NCBI GenBank assembly: GCA_963814545.1
Contig: CAWFDC010000011.1
Span: 208,928 to 272,927 of the forward strand
From: an uncultured Thermoleophilia bacterium
Lineage (GTDB): Bacteria > Actinomycetota > Thermoleophilia > UBA2241
DNA length: 64,000 nt
Direction: 5' to 3'
Part shown: one piece after another, positions 46,720 to 57,800 of the stretch
Position numbering within the stretch: the stretch's first letter is position 1
Layout of the letters: the number at the start of each line of letters is the position of its first letter
Notes under the pieces: model-generated
Database searches by the model: none
Seen by the model: only the letters and a program-made list of their open reading frames with translations
Told to the model about the DNA's origin: nothing
Made by a program: the position numbers and the translations under genes

Positions 46720-48650
46720 TCAGCCCGCCCCGCCGCCGCCCCCGCCGCCCCCTCCTCCGCCGCCCCCGGAGAAGCCGCCGCCCCCGCCACTGCCGCTCGA
46801 GGCGGTCCCGGCGGCGACGGCCCCCGACAAGCCCGAGCTCAGCGACGACAGCGGCGAGCTGCCGTGCGACGCGGTCACGAGGAAGGCGGTGGAGCCGAGG
46901 CGGTCGTCCTGCAGCACCTCGGGCGCGACCATCTTGAGGTCGTCCACGACCTGGTCGGCGATGCCGAAGACCACGGCCAGCACCAGGTAGTACCGCCAGA
47001 GCACGACGGAGTCCGGCGGCTTCTCGCCCATCCGGCCGAAGTCCTTCATGTAGTTGCGCATGCCGCGGTACTTCGCGTACAGCTCCGCCGCCTCGGGCGA
47101 GCGCCGCTTGATCGCGCGGGCGCCGATCAGGATCGCCACGCCGACGACGGCGCCGACGGCGTACCGCAGTTGCTCCGAGATCGACGACCGCGCCGACCGA
47201 GCCCGCGATGGCCAGCCCGCCGAGCGCCCAGGGTCCAGCCGTGGGCCGTGGTGCTGCTCTTCTCCAGGAGACCGCGGGCATTGGCCTCCCTCGTCACCGC
47301 GGCGCGCCACTCGGCCCACGCCGCGGCGAACTCGCTGCGATGCTTCTTGGCGAGATCCTTCATCTCGTCGACGTCGAGGGTGTCGCCCTCCGCCAGCACG
47401 TCGAAGAGCACCTCCAGCAGTCGCGCCTCGAAGCCGGACGCCTCGGCTCGGCGCTCGGGGCGCAGTCTCAGCAGGTAGCTCTCCTCGTCGCGCGCACCGA
47501 AGAGGCCGCGCTTCTCGCGACGTGGTCCGCTCGAGCTCGACGACGCCGCGGTCGATCAGGTCCATCAGCGTCGCCACCGCGTCCTCGTCCTTGACCGCGC
47601 CCATGCGCCAGAGCGAGCCGACGAGGGCCGGCGGCAGGGCCGGCTCGGGCAGCTCGCGGTAGTACTCGCCGGTGAAGCTCGGCCGGTACTCGCGCCCGTA
47701 GCGGCGGTACGCCCAGATGAAGACGACGAGCGCGGCGAGCGGCACGCCGACGCCGATCACGAGGCCTGCCGCCCGGCGAAGCCAGAGGAGTGCGCCGCTC
47801 GGCGTTGGCCTCGTCGGCCCACTGCTGCTCCTCGGCGAGCACGGCGTCCACGCGAGAGCCCGCCGTCGCCGGTGCATCGGCGAGCGCCTCCCGCGGGAAG
47901 AGGATCCGCGCCTCGACGAAGCGATACGCCGGGAGGTCCTCGACCGTCAGGCTGACCGACCCATCGGGCTCCCGCGTCACGACGCCGTTGAGCGGACCGT
48001 GGCCCCAGGCGCGGACCTCATCCTGCTCCGACGCCGGGAGGCAGCGTGATGCGGATGTCCACGCTGCCGACACCGTGATCCCAGTCGTCGCCGATGAACT
48101 TCCAGTACAGCTCGGCCGTGTCGTCCCACTTCGTCGCGGCGTCGCGGACGACGTACTCGATCGTGACCGGCACGAGCGCGTCGACCTGCCGGAAGTAGAC
48201 TTCGAGGCGCACGTCGCCGCCGCCCTCGCCGGCTGCCCACCAGGTCTGCGGCGGGCGGCTCGCCGGGTCGTCGGTGCGCGCGTACTCGCCCTCGGGGCCG
48301 CTCACGCGCGCGCACCTCGATGCCCGACGACCCGGCCCCCTCGAGGTCCCAGTAGACGAAGCTGAAGTCGCCGTCGAAGTCGAAGACCTGCGGGTCTCGC
48401 GCACGACCATGTCGCCGCCGGGGCGCACCGTCGCCTCGATCGTGACCTCCGGCATGCTGTACGACTTGGCCAGGACCGTCGCCGGCAGGCCGAACGAGAC
48501 CAAGGCGGCTGCGGCAGCAAGAAGCGCGGTGAAGAAGATCCGCGGGAGGATCCGCGGGCGGTGATCGCGTGGCCGCGCCGCGCGGCCACGCGGAAGCCAG
48601 ACCGTCCAGCCGAGTCCGACGGCCGCGGGCCCGGCCGGCCTCGCCGGCAT
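46720..48650 (-). pseudogene. DUF2207-family membrane protein broken into seven or more frame fragments
   Basis: The N-terminal beta-sandwich (SYSMPEVTIEATVRPGGDMVVRETR...QVFDFDGDFSFVYWDL...RVSGPEGEYARTDDP...LEVYFRQVDALVPVTIEYVVRDAATKWDDTAELYWKFIGDDWDHGVGSVDIRITLPPGV), middle (EQDEVRAWGHGPLNGVVTREPDGSVSLTVEDLPAYRFVEARILFPREAL; LLWLRRAAGLVIGVGVPLAALVVFIWAYRRYGREYRPSFTGEYYREL) and C-terminal part (MLFDVLAEGDTLDVDEMKDLAKKHRSEFAAAW; YLVLAVVFGIADQVVDDLKM...GGGGGFSGGGGGGGGGGGGGAG) are spread over different frames. Confidence 0.5.
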
Positions 48651-49300
48651 CAGGACTCCCTCCCGTTCGGGCCGGTCACGCCGCCTGTCGTCTGAGCGCC
48701 TGCGGCGAGCCCGAGGCGCGCGAGCTCGGCCGCGGCCAGCCCGTCGTCGTCGCCGCGTTCCAGCGCGGCCCAAGGGTCGGGCTCGACGGCGTGCAGCCGG
48801 TCGTACGGGAGCGCGACGACCGCCCGCAGGGCGAGCACGCGCTGCAGGGCGGGCGTCTGCCCGTCGCGCGCGCAGGGCCTCGCGCACCGCGGCGACGTCG
48901 CGGCGCCACGCGAGGCGCATCGGCAGGTACAGCGGAACGAGGACCAGGGTCGGGAGCAGACCGACGGCGATCGCGACCAGCACGCTCATCTCGCGGATCG
49001 CGTCGGCGCTGGCCCGGCCGCTCGCCTCGACCTCGGTGCCGGCGGTGACCACGCGCTCGGCGACGGTGCCGATGTCGTCGCCGACGAACGGGATCGCCGA
49101 GAGGGCCTCGAAGCCCTCGCCGGTGGCGCGCAGCGTCGCCCCCACGCGCGCGACCTGGTCGGCCAGGTCGACCTGCTGGGCGATGTCGCGACCGATCGCG
49201 ACCCCCAGGGCCGCCCAGACGACGACGTAGACGACGATGACGATGTCGAGGACGCGCACCGCGCGCGCGCTCGGGAACTGCCACCCCATGCGGCCCATCG
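48650..49300 (-). CDS. Hypothetical membrane protein, one frameshift near 48840
   Basis: MGWQFPSARAVRVLDIVIVVYVVVWAALGVAIG...LVLVPLYLPMRLAWRRDVAAVREALRARRAD continues in another frame as LRAVVALPYDRLHAVEPDPWAALERGDDDGLAAAELARLGLAAG. Boundaries are approximate. Confidence 0.35.
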
Positions 49301-49537
49301 GTCCTCCCGGGTCTCGATGCCTCCGGCGTCGCCGCATCGCAGAGCCCTCGGCGGCGTGCCTCCGGGTACTCTAGCAGCACGCCGCACGGCCCCGGCGTGC
49401 ACTTCCGCGTCGGCCGTCCGTGCCGGCGCGACAACGTCCGCGTCGCCTTCACCGCGGTCAACGGGTATGAACCGCTCGAGAGGTCAGCCGGCCCGGACCG
49501 CGCGGTCGCGGTCGGCCCACGTCCTGGGAGGGAGACC

Positions 49538-50347
49538 GTGGCGCACGAACTCCGCACGGAAGCGATCGACGTCGCCTACCCCGCCGTCGATCCCGTCACC
49601 CTGGTCCTTACGCTGAAGGCGCCGGGGGACGTCACGGCACAACCCGGCACCGGAGAGCAGCTCCTGGCCGGCGCCCTCGAGTGCGACGCGCCGGAGTGCG
49701 CGCCGGCCGTCGAGGTGCACGGCGGGGAGGTCCGCTTCACGCATCCGGAGGGCTGGCGCATCGACAGCCTTCTGGGCCGCGACCGGGTGAACCGGCTCAG
49801 CCTCGAGCTCGGCACGACGAGGCCGTACGCCCTCCACGTCAAGGGTGGCATCGGCCACGCCTCGTACGAGCTCGGCGGGCTGCCCATCACCGAACTGCTG
49901 GTGCAGGCCGGGGCGGCCGAGTCCACGATCGGCTTCGCGCGGCCGGTCCTGACGCCCATGTCGACCCTGCGCGTGCTCACCGGAGCCGGGTCGCTGCGCC
50001 TCGAGGGGCTCCTCAACGCCAGCGCCGAGCGCTTCGAGATCAAGGGCGCCGCCGGCAGCGCCCGCCTGCACTTCACCGGCGACGCGCTCAACCGCGATGC
50101 CAGGGCCGAGGTCACGGCGGCGCTCGGTTCGTGCGCGATCCTCATCAGCGCGGGCGTGCCGGCGCGGGTCAAGGTCAGCGGCGCCATCGCGCAGATGACG
50201 ATCGGCCCCGGCTTCGTGCGCAAGGACACCGGGGCGACCTTCTGGGGCGGCGAGTACGCGACGCCCGAGTACGAGTCCGGCGCCCAGCCCAGCCTCGAGA
50301 TCGACGTGACGACGGCGCTCGGCATGCTGAGCATCGAGACCGTCTGA
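49538..50347 (+). CDS. Hypothetical protein (DUF4097/toast-rack-like beta-rich)
   Basis: A GTG start follows GGGAGGGA. The protein begins MAHELRTEAIDVAYPAVDPVTLVLTLKAPGDVT. The approximately 270-aa ORF is intact. Confidence 0.45.
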   Translation: MAHELRTEAIDVAYPAVDPVTLVLTLKAPGDVTAQPGTGEQLLAGALECDAPECAPAVEVHGGEVRFTHPEGWRIDSLLGRDRVNRLSLELGTTRPYALHVKGGIGHASYELGGLPITELLVQAGAAESTIGFARPVLTPMSTLRVLTGAGSLRLEGLLNASAERFEIKGAAGSARLHFTGDALNRDARAEVTAALGSCAILISAGVPARVKVSGAIAQMTIGPGFVRKDTGATFWGGEYATPEYESGAQPSLEIDVTTALGMLSIETV

Positions 50348-50440
50348 AGAGGGCGGCGTGGGGTCCGCTCACGCGACTCCGCATCGGTCGCCGCCCGGGC
50401 TCGCGACCCGCGATGTCGCCACCGTGCCCTCGGTCTCGCC

Positions 50441-51073
50441 GTGAGGATCGCCTTCTACGGCGACAGCCTGACCGAGGGCTGGCCCGGGGCGGGCTTCATG
50501 CCCCTGCTGGAGCGGCGTCTGCCGCGGCACACGCTGCTCAACCGCGGCAGGGCGGGCGACACGACGGTCGACCTCCTCGCCCGCCTGCGCCGCGACGGCG
50601 TCGATCGCGCCGACCTCGCGGTGGTCTGGATCGGCACCAACGACGCCTTCACCTCCGCCGCCGGCGACTGGCTGCCCGAGGACGGCGACTGGCTGCTGGC
50701 CGGCGAGCCGCCGTCCGACTGGGGCGTCGTCTCTGCCGCCGTGGCCCATACGCTCGACCTCGTGCTCGAGCTGGTGGGCCCCAGTGCACCACGGTTGCTG
50801 GTCCTGCCCCCGGTAGCCCCGGACCGCGACCTCGGCGAGCCGTTCACGAAGCGACTCGACGAGCTCGCGCAGATCGTCGAGGCGGCGGCGAGGAGCCGGC
50901 CGCAGGCGCGCTTCGTCGACCTGCGGCCGGCCTTCGCCGGCGGCGGTGGACCCTTCACCATCGACGGCGTGCACCTCAGCGAGGCCGGAGCCGCGGTCGT
51001 CGCCGAGGCCCTCGCTGCCGCAATCGGTCAGGAAGAGGGGGGTGCATCCGCAGAACCCGGCCGCGCGCGGTGA
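50441..51073 (+). CDS. SGNH/GDSL-family hydrolase
   Basis: MRIAFYGDSLTEGW (GDSL block I), IGTNDA (block III) and the DGVHL catalytic His block V. Confidence 0.75.
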   Translation: MRIAFYGDSLTEGWPGAGFMPLLERRLPRHTLLNRGRAGDTTVDLLARLRRDGVDRADLAVVWIGTNDAFTSAAGDWLPEDGDWLLAGEPPSDWGVVSAAVAHTLDLVLELVGPSAPRLLVLPPVAPDRDLGEPFTKRLDELAQIVEAAARSRPQARFVDLRPAFAGGGGPFTIDGVHLSEAGAAVVAEALAAAIGQEEGGASAEPGRAR

Positions 51074-51227
51074 CCGCCGTGCGCGCGGCCCTCCGCGCGC
51101 TGTCGTGGCCGTCCTTGCCGCGGTGCTCCTGTTCCGGCCGGCGCACGGCATCATGGAGCCCGGGGTGCTTCGCGGCGTCAGAGCGCGGGCCGGACGGGCT
51201 GGCTGAACGACGCGGCGGCCACGGGCC

Positions 51228-51932
51228 TCAGCGGCCCGCTGAGCGGCCCGCGCTCGCCTGCGCCAACGCCCGGCCCACGATCAGAGCGAGCACGGCGACC
51301 GGGACCGTGAGCGCGCCACTCACCACGGAGAGCTGCCCCGCCGCCGGCACCCCGAGGGCGTGGAGGCCGAAGGCGACGATCGAGGTCGCGCCGCTGGCCA
51401 GCAGGGCCCAGGCCAGAAGCCGCCGGGTACCTCCCTGCGTGAGCAGCGGCCGGGCCAGCAGGATCGCGCCCGTGCCCCAGATCGCGTAGGCCAGCAGGTC
51501 GAAGGTGATGACCGCGCCGTGGTCGTTGCCGAAGTACCACGGCGCCGCCGCCGGCAGGTCGCGTGAGAGCAACCAGGTGAACACGGTGTACTGGGAGGCG
51601 TAGGCGGCGGCCGAGAGCGGCGCGTAGGCGGCGACGAGCAGGGCACCGGCCACGGCGTAGGGCCGCGCCGCCGGGCCGCCGCGGTCGGCGGCCACGGCGA
51701 TCAGCGCCATGAGCGGCACCATCGTGGCGGGGACAAGCGAGGCGAAGAAGAAGCCCAGCCGGTACACGGTGTCCTCGCGGGCGAGAGCGGCGAGGCGCGC
51801 CGCGACCGTGGCGCCCTCGGGCGCGCCCATCGCGCTCAGCACCGTCATCAGCACGAGCACGACGAGGAAGGCGACCGACGCCCCCACGAGCAGCCGGCCG
51901 AGACTTCTCTCCGCCTCACGCACCTCGTTCAC
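51228..51932 (-). CDS. Hypothetical polytopic membrane protein
   Basis: The 234-aa ORF has five or six hydrophobic helices. No motif recognised. Confidence 0.5.
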   Translation of the reverse strand: MNEVREAERSLGRLLVGASVAFLVVLVLMTVLSAMGAPEGATVAARLAALAREDTVYRLGFFFASLVPATMVPLMALIAVAADRGGPAARPYAVAGALLVAAYAPLSAAAYASQYTVFTWLLSRDLPAAAPWYFGNDHGAVITFDLLAYAIWGTGAILLARPLLTQGGTRRLLAWALLASGATSIVAFGLHALGVPAAGQLSVVSGALTVPVAVLALIVGRALAQASAGRSAGR

Positions 51933-52040
51933 GGACCCTCCCCCGTACGCCCAGCGGCCGCGGACCCCGTCGAGATCACGGGCGCCCGTCGTCCATGCAC
52001 TCGCGCGTCGCCACGCCGTCGGGGCCGCACCGCGAACGCT

Positions 52041-52722
52041 TCACGCGAAGTCCCTGAGGTCAACGTCGGCGCCGGGCTCCAGCTCGAGCTCGCCGCGCGC
52101 CACCCGGACGATGACCTCGGCGACGCGCGCGGGGTCCATGCCCTCGAAGTCGTTCATGCGCGTCGCGGTCACGGCCGGGTGCACGTTGTACAGGCGCAGC
52201 TCGGGGTGCTCCTTCGCCAGTGCCTTCGTGAAGCCGCGCAGCCCCCACTTGCTGGCGCCGTACGGGGCGAGGGTCGCCGACCCGTGCAGCGACGCCGTGC
52301 TGACCACGTCGATCACGGCGTCGCGCACGTGTGGCAGCGCGAGCCGGGTGAGCTTCAGCGTCCCGAGAAGGTTGACACGTATCTGGGCCTCGATCTCGTC
52401 GAGCGCTTGCTCGAGGAAGCGACGCCAGACGACGATGCCGGCGTTGTTGACGAGAATGTCGATGGCCTCGAAACGCTCGAGAACGGCGGACACGAAGGCG
52501 CGGACGCTGACCTCGTCACCAAGGTCGAGCGGCGCCGTCACGACCTCGGGTGCGCCGAGCTCGTCGCAGCGCTCGGCGACCGCACGGGCCTCTTCTTCAT
52601 GCTCGTGGTAGGAGAGTGCGAGGCGAGCACCCCCGGCCGCGAAGCCGAAGGCGCTCTCGCGGCCGATGCCGAGGCTCGCCCCGGTGACGACCACCACCTT
52701 GTCTCGCAGGTCGACGGTCACG
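52041..52722 (-). CDS. SDR family oxidoreductase
   Basis: VVVVTGASLGIG, NNAG and YGASKWGL motifs. GTG start ~52722. Confidence 0.7.
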
Positions 52723-52842
52723 TGGACTCCATCCCCCGAGTCGCCCTCGTGCGGCCACCGGCGCACGGCCGGCCGGCTGCGCGCGCACCGGCGGCTCGAC
52801 CCGGCCGGCAGCCCGCTCTCGCCGCCGCATACCCGATGGGCG

Positions 52843-54183
52843 TCACCGGCCCAGCTCGAAGCGCAGGGCCGCCTCGAGGTCGGGGAACAGCCAGTGGAAG
52901 CCGGCTGCCGTCAGGCGGGCCGGCCTGACGCGCTGGCTCGTCAGCAGCAGCTCGCGACCCATGTCCCCGAGGCCGCGCTGGAGCAGCCCCCGAGGTGCCG
53001 CGAACGGCGCCGGCCGCCGCACCACCTTCGCCAGCGTGCGCGTGAAATCGCGGTTGGTGACCGGCTCGCGTGCGGTCACGTTCACGGGCCCGGACAGCCC
53101 CTCGTCGCAGAGCGCCAGCAGCGCCGCGCCGAGGAGGTCGTCGACCGCGACCCAACTCATCCACTGCTCGCCGTCGCCGAGCCGCGTGCCCAACGCCGCC
53201 TTGAAGGGCATCGCCATCAGTGGGAGCATCCCGCCCGCCCCACCCCAGACGAGGCCGAAGCGCAGCGAGACCGTGCGGATGCCTGCCGCGCGCGCCGGCT
53301 CGAGGGAGTCCTCCCAGACCTTGCAGACCTCGGGGAGGAATCCCTGACCGGCCGCGCTGTCCTCGGTCAGCTCCTCGGCTCCGCGACTGCCGTAGAAGCC
53401 CACGGCGGAGGCCGAGATGACGACGCGCGGCGGCCGAGGCAGCGCGGCGGCCGCAGCCGCGACGAGGCCCGTGGTCTGACGGCGGCTCTCGAGGATGTCC
53501 CGGCGACGCGCCGGCGTCCACAACCCCGCGAGCGACGTGCCGGCCAGGTTCACGAGGGCGTCGACACCCTCGAGCGCGGCTTGGTCAACGATGCCGGCCG
53601 CCGGATCCCAGTGCACCCATCCCGGCCCGGGGTCGCGCCGGCGCGTCAGGCGCACGACCTCGTGGCCGCCGGTGGTGAGGAAGGCGGCGAGGTGAGAGCC
53701 GACGAAGCCGCTCGCCCCGGCGATCGCGACCTTGAGGCGCGGCCCGCCGGCGAAGGCGAGGTGGCGCTCGAGATCGTCCCGCGTCCGCTCGTGCCGGAAG
53801 GCGAACAGCCGCTCGAGCCGCCGCTGCGCGGCGCCCGCCCCCGCTCGTGTCACCGCCGGCGGACCCGGAAGCTCGTACTCGACCGTGTCGTGAAGCCTGC
53901 TCTGCCGCTCACCCTCGGGCTCGAAGGCGTGCCGATGACGCCAGAGGGCGAAGGGGCCCTTCTCCTGTACGTCCACGAACTGCCGTCCCGGCACGTGCTC
54001 ACGGTGCACGGCCACCCAGCGCACGTGGGCCGGCCCGACGGAGGCCTCCATCACCAGCCGGTCGCCGTCCTCGATCGTCCCGCTGCGCTCGACCACACGC
54101 AGGCGCTGCCAAGGGGGCGCCAGGCGCTCGAAGGCGCCCGGGCGCGCGTGCCACGCATACAGCTCGTCGGCCGGTACCGGCAT
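52843..54183 (-). CDS. SRPBCC (START/cyclase-like) domain fused to TIGR01777/YfcH-type NAD-dependent epimerase (DUF1731)
   Basis: The N-terminus MPVPADELYAWHARPGAFERLAPPWQRLRVVE precedes a Rossmann segment KVAIAGASGFVGSHLAAFL and a C-terminal DUF1731-like tail. Confidence 0.55.
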   Translation of the reverse strand: MPVPADELYAWHARPGAFERLAPPWQRLRVVERSGTIEDGDRLVMEASVGPAHVRWVAVHREHVPGRQFVDVQEKGPFALWRHRHAFEPEGERQSRLHDTVEYELPGPPAVTRAGAGAAQRRLERLFAFRHERTRDDLERHLAFAGGPRLKVAIAGASGFVGSHLAAFLTTGGHEVVRLTRRRDPGPGWVHWDPAAGIVDQAALEGVDALVNLAGTSLAGLWTPARRRDILESRRQTTGLVAAAAAALPRPPRVVISASAVGFYGSRGAEELTEDSAAGQGFLPEVCKVWEDSLEPARAAGIRTVSLRFGLVWGGAGGMLPLMAMPFKAALGTRLGDGEQWMSWVAVDDLLGAALLALCDEGLSGPVNVTAREPVTNRDFTRTLAKVVRRPAPFAAPRGLLQRGLGDMGRELLLTSQRVRPARLTAAGFHWLFPDLEAALRFELGR

Positions 54184-54460
54184 CGTGCTGCGACGCTCGT
54201 AGACGGGCACCTCGGCCACCCCCTCGCAACGGACCGCGGGGTCACTCCGCCCGACCGGGCGGGAGCTCGCGGCATCGGACGGCTGCCTTCTACCCGGGCG
54301 CGCGGACACGGAACCGCATCAGACTCACCGGCGCAGAGCCGCGCACGGCCCGCCGACGGCGTGCCGCGGCGAGCCCGCGAGCGGAGGACCGCGTGACATA
54401 ATCCGAGCACGCAGCGGCCGCGCCCGCGAGGCGCACCGCGATATCGCCCCGGGAGGTCAC

Positions 54461-54874
54461 ATGAGCGCTCCAGCGTCTGCCAAGCCCCAGGCCGGCACCC
54501 TCACCCCCGAGCAGCTCGATCTCGTGCTGCGCCACGTGTCGGTCGACGTCTCGTTCGCCGACGAGCACGGCACCCTGCTCTACTGGCACGGCGGCATCTT
54601 CGCCGACTGCGACGCGGCGTTCATAGGACGCCACATGAACGACTGCCACGCGCCGAAGTCGCGGGCGACGATCGACCGCATGGAGGCGGCCTTTCGCGAC
54701 GGCAGCCGCGACGAGGCCGTCTTCTGGCACCCCGAAGACGACGGCCGGCTCTACCTGTATCGCTACTCGGCGGTCAGGGACGCGGACGGCGCCTATCGCG
54801 GGCTGCTCGAGACGGTGCAGGACATCACCGACATCGTCGGCCTCGAGGGCGAGCGCCTCGAGCTCGACTGGTGA
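54461..54874 (+). CDS. PAS-like (DUF438-type) small domain protein
   Basis: The 137-aa protein contains LTPEQLDLVLRHVSVDVSFADEHGTLLYWHG...VFWHPEDDGRLYLYRYSAVRDADGAYRGLLETVQDITDI. Confidence 0.45.
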   Translation: MSAPASAKPQAGTLTPEQLDLVLRHVSVDVSFADEHGTLLYWHGGIFADCDAAFIGRHMNDCHAPKSRATIDRMEAAFRDGSRDEAVFWHPEDDGRLYLYRYSAVRDADGAYRGLLETVQDITDIVGLEGERLELDW

Positions 54875-54887
54875 GGAGGGGGACGAG

Positions 54888-56087
54888 ATGACTGACGACA
54901 CTGCGGGTTGGGGGCTGCCGTTCACCAGGGAGGAGTACGCGGCACGCCTCGAGCGCACGCGCGAGGAGATGGCGCGTAAGGGCGTCGAGCTGCTGTACGT
55001 GACCTCGCCGCCCAACCTCTACTACCTGCTCGGCCACCAGTCGGTCTGGTGTGACGGTCGCAACGTGACCGGGCTGGCCGTCCCGCTTGATGCCGCCGTC
55101 AAGCCGGTCATGTTCGACACCTGGGACCATGCCCCCGGCTGGTCACCGGTCGTCGAGGACGGCGTCACCTACGGCGAGGAGGGCTTCTACTACCCGGAGG
55201 GTCCCGAGGTCGTGGCGGCGACGCTGCGCGGCCGGGGGTTGCTCAAGGGGCGCGTCGGGCTCGAGTGGTGGAGCTGGGCGCCGGGCGGGCCGGCCCTGCA
55301 GGAGCTGGCCGGCCGGCTGGCCGGCGCCGGCGCCGGCGAGGTCGTCGACGGCTCGTGGATCGTCGACCACGCGCGCCTCGTGAAGTCGCCGAAGGAGACC
55401 GAGTACACGCGCAAGGCGCTCGAGATCGCCGACGCCGCCTACGAGGTCCTCGCCGCGACCCTCGCGCCGGGCATGACGGAGAAGGAGATCATGGGTCTCC
55501 TGTACTACGAGTGCGCGAAGCGTGGCGGCGACGAGCCCGGCATCCGCATGATGGTGCGCACCGGGCCCAACACCTTCAACTTCCACCACCCCGCGACCGA
55601 GCGGCGCATCGAGCAGGGCGAGTTGCTGATGATCGACATGTCGGCGGCCTACCACCACTACCACGGCAACACGGCACGGGCGCTCTCGCTGGGCGAGAAC
55701 CCGTTCTGGGCGGAGAAGCTGGCGAAGCTCGCCGCGGCACGCGACGAGACCGTGGCCCTGCTGCGGCCGGGCGATCCGACGCAGAGGCTGCAGGAGCTGA
55801 TGGACGCGGCGGTCGACGCCGCCGGAGGCCTGCGCGAGTACGTCTGGTGGGTCGGCGGCTATGTGCTCGGCGCGACGATGCCGCCGGACTGGGTCGGCCA
55901 CGTGTACCTGAACGACGAGGAGGGCTTCGAGAAGGGCGTCTTCGACCCCGGCTTCGTGGCCAACTGGGAGGTCCAGATCTGGGACATCCCGCGTAAGGAG
56001 GGTGTCGGCGTCATCGACACGATGATCGCGACCGAGACCGGGGTCGAGATCCCGGCCCGGTTCCCGGCGACGCTCACGGTGGTCTGA
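54888..56087 (+). CDS. M24-family metallopeptidase (Xaa-Pro aminopeptidase/creatinase-like)
   Basis: Creatinase N-domain followed by the pita-bread domain (LMIDMSAAYHHYHGNTAR; HGVGH-like VGGYVLG). The 399-aa ORF is intact. Confidence 0.65.
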   Translation: MTDDTAGWGLPFTREEYAARLERTREEMARKGVELLYVTSPPNLYYLLGHQSVWCDGRNVTGLAVPLDAAVKPVMFDTWDHAPGWSPVVEDGVTYGEEGFYYPEGPEVVAATLRGRGLLKGRVGLEWWSWAPGGPALQELAGRLAGAGAGEVVDGSWIVDHARLVKSPKETEYTRKALEIADAAYEVLAATLAPGMTEKEIMGLLYYECAKRGGDEPGIRMMVRTGPNTFNFHHPATERRIEQGELLMIDMSAAYHHYHGNTARALSLGENPFWAEKLAKLAAARDETVALLRPGDPTQRLQELMDAAVDAAGGLREYVWWVGGYVLGATMPPDWVGHVYLNDEEGFEKGVFDPGFVANWEVQIWDIPRKEGVGVIDTMIATETGVEIPARFPATLTVV

Positions 56088-57480
56088 TGGACAAGGCCGA
56101 GACCCGCGGCGGCGCGAGGAGCGCCGGCGCCGCGGACCGGCGGACGCACGGCTCCGGTGCACCTGCCGGACTGTCGAGCGCCCTCGAGGAGCGCGTCGTC
56201 GCGGCCGTGGCGGAGGGGCGCGACGAGTTGGTCGCGCTGGCGCGTGAGCTCGTCGCCCTCGACACCACGGCGCGCGAGACCGGCGACCCGCCGCGCGACG
56301 AGGAGCGCCTGCAGCGCCTGCTCGAGGCGCGCCTGCGAACGGTCGGCGCAGAGACCGACCTCTGGGAGCCTGATGACACCGGGACCGGCGACCGGCACGT
56401 GCCGGACGGGCTGACGTTCGAGGGGCGGCCGCAACTCGCGGCCCGTCTCGCGGGCCGGGGCGGCGGCCGCAGCCTGCTCCTCAACGGCCACATCGACGCC
56501 GTGTCGGCCGAGCCCAGGGAACTGTGGTCCAGTGACCCGTTCGCCGGCCGCAGTGCGCGACGGCCGCGTCTACGGGCGCGGCATCGCCGACATGAAGGGT
56601 GGGCTCGCCGGCATGCTCTTCGCGCTCGAGGTACTGCGCCGGCTCGACGTGCGTCTCGCCGGCGAGGTCGTCTACTGCACCGTCACCGACGAGGAGTCCT
56701 CGGGAGCCGGCGGCTGGGCGGCCGTGCGCCGCGGTGTCAAGGCCGACGCCGGGGTCGTCGCCGAGCCGACCGACTTCGACGTCTGGGTCGCCTGCCGTGG
56801 ATCGCTCACGCCGACGATCACCGTCGAGGGCCGCCCCGGCCACGCCGAGATGCGCCAGCCGCACTGGCGCGACGGCGGCGCCGTCAACGCCATCGAGAAG
56901 ATGAAGCTCGTGCTCGACGCGATCGAGAGACTCCGCGAAGAGTGGCGCGCGCGTCCCGACATGCAGCACCCGTACCTGAATGCCGGCGATATCGTACCGA
57001 CGGTGATCTCCGGCGGCGAGTGGGAGGTCACGTACCCGGCGAGCTGCCGCCTGACGTGCGAGGTGATCTATCCACCGGGGCAGGTCGGGGACGGACGGCA
57101 CGGCGCGCGGACTCGAACGCGAGATCGCCGAGACGATCGAGAGCGCGGCACGCGTCGACCCCTGGCTCCGCGAGCACCCGCTCAACTGGTTCTGGGACTG
57201 CGACGTCGTGCCCGCCGAAGTCGACCCTGCGCACCCCATCGTCACGACGGCGCTGGGGGCCGGCGCGGCCGCCGGCCGCGCCGGCCACATCAGCGGGTTC
57301 GACAGCTGGCACGACGGCGCGACCTTCACCAACTTCGGCGGCACGCCCAGCGTGTGCTTCGGGCCCGGCCCCGCCGACACACTGCACCGCATCGACGAGT
57401 GGGCGGGCATCGACGACCTCGTCGACTTCGCCGCCGCGACGGCGCTCCTCACGATGCGCTGGTGCGGCGTTATCGAGTGA
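56087..57480 (+). pseudogene. M20-family peptidase (ArgE/DapE-like) with two frameshifts (~56525, ~57085)
   Basis: The N-terminus ...LLLNGHIDAVSAEPRELWSSDPFAG shifts to AVRDGRVYGRGIADMKGGLAGMLFALEVL...CTVTDEESSGAGG...PTDFDVWVACRGS...ISGGEWEVTYPASCRLTCEVIYPPGQV. It shifts again to ...EIAETIESAARVDPWLREHPLNWFWDCDVVPAEVDPAHPIV...SWHDGATFTNFGGTPSVCFGPG...RWCGVIE. Confidence 0.6.
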
Positions 57481-57800
57481 CGGGGGCGCAGCGGTGACCG
57501 GGCGGCGGGCGGCGCGGCTCACCGCGCCGCCCGCCCCCTCCTCGCCCGAGCTTCAGGCGGCCGTCGCCTGGCGCCGGCGGCGTGCCTTCTTCGCGTCCTC
57601 GAGGACGATTCAGACGACCACGCCGACGACCCGTCCGATCCGGGTCTTCACAGCGCCCCCCTTCAAGACCCACGGACTCCGCTGGCGAGCGTGCGCCGGT
57701 GGGGGCGCCGCTGCGAGTCATGCCCCCGCGTCCGTTTCGCCCTCACGACCGCCGGGGAACGCTCCGGCAGTCCCGGTGAATTGAGCTCGAAGGAGACCGC

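Noticed and set aside
46730-46800. Poly-G-rich stretch (GGCGGCGGGGGCGGCGGC...) as a simple-sequence repeat element
   Set aside because: It encodes the poly-Gly C-terminal tail (GGGGGFSGGGGGGGGGGGG) characteristic of DUF2207 proteins. It is coding low complexity, not a mobile or repeat element.
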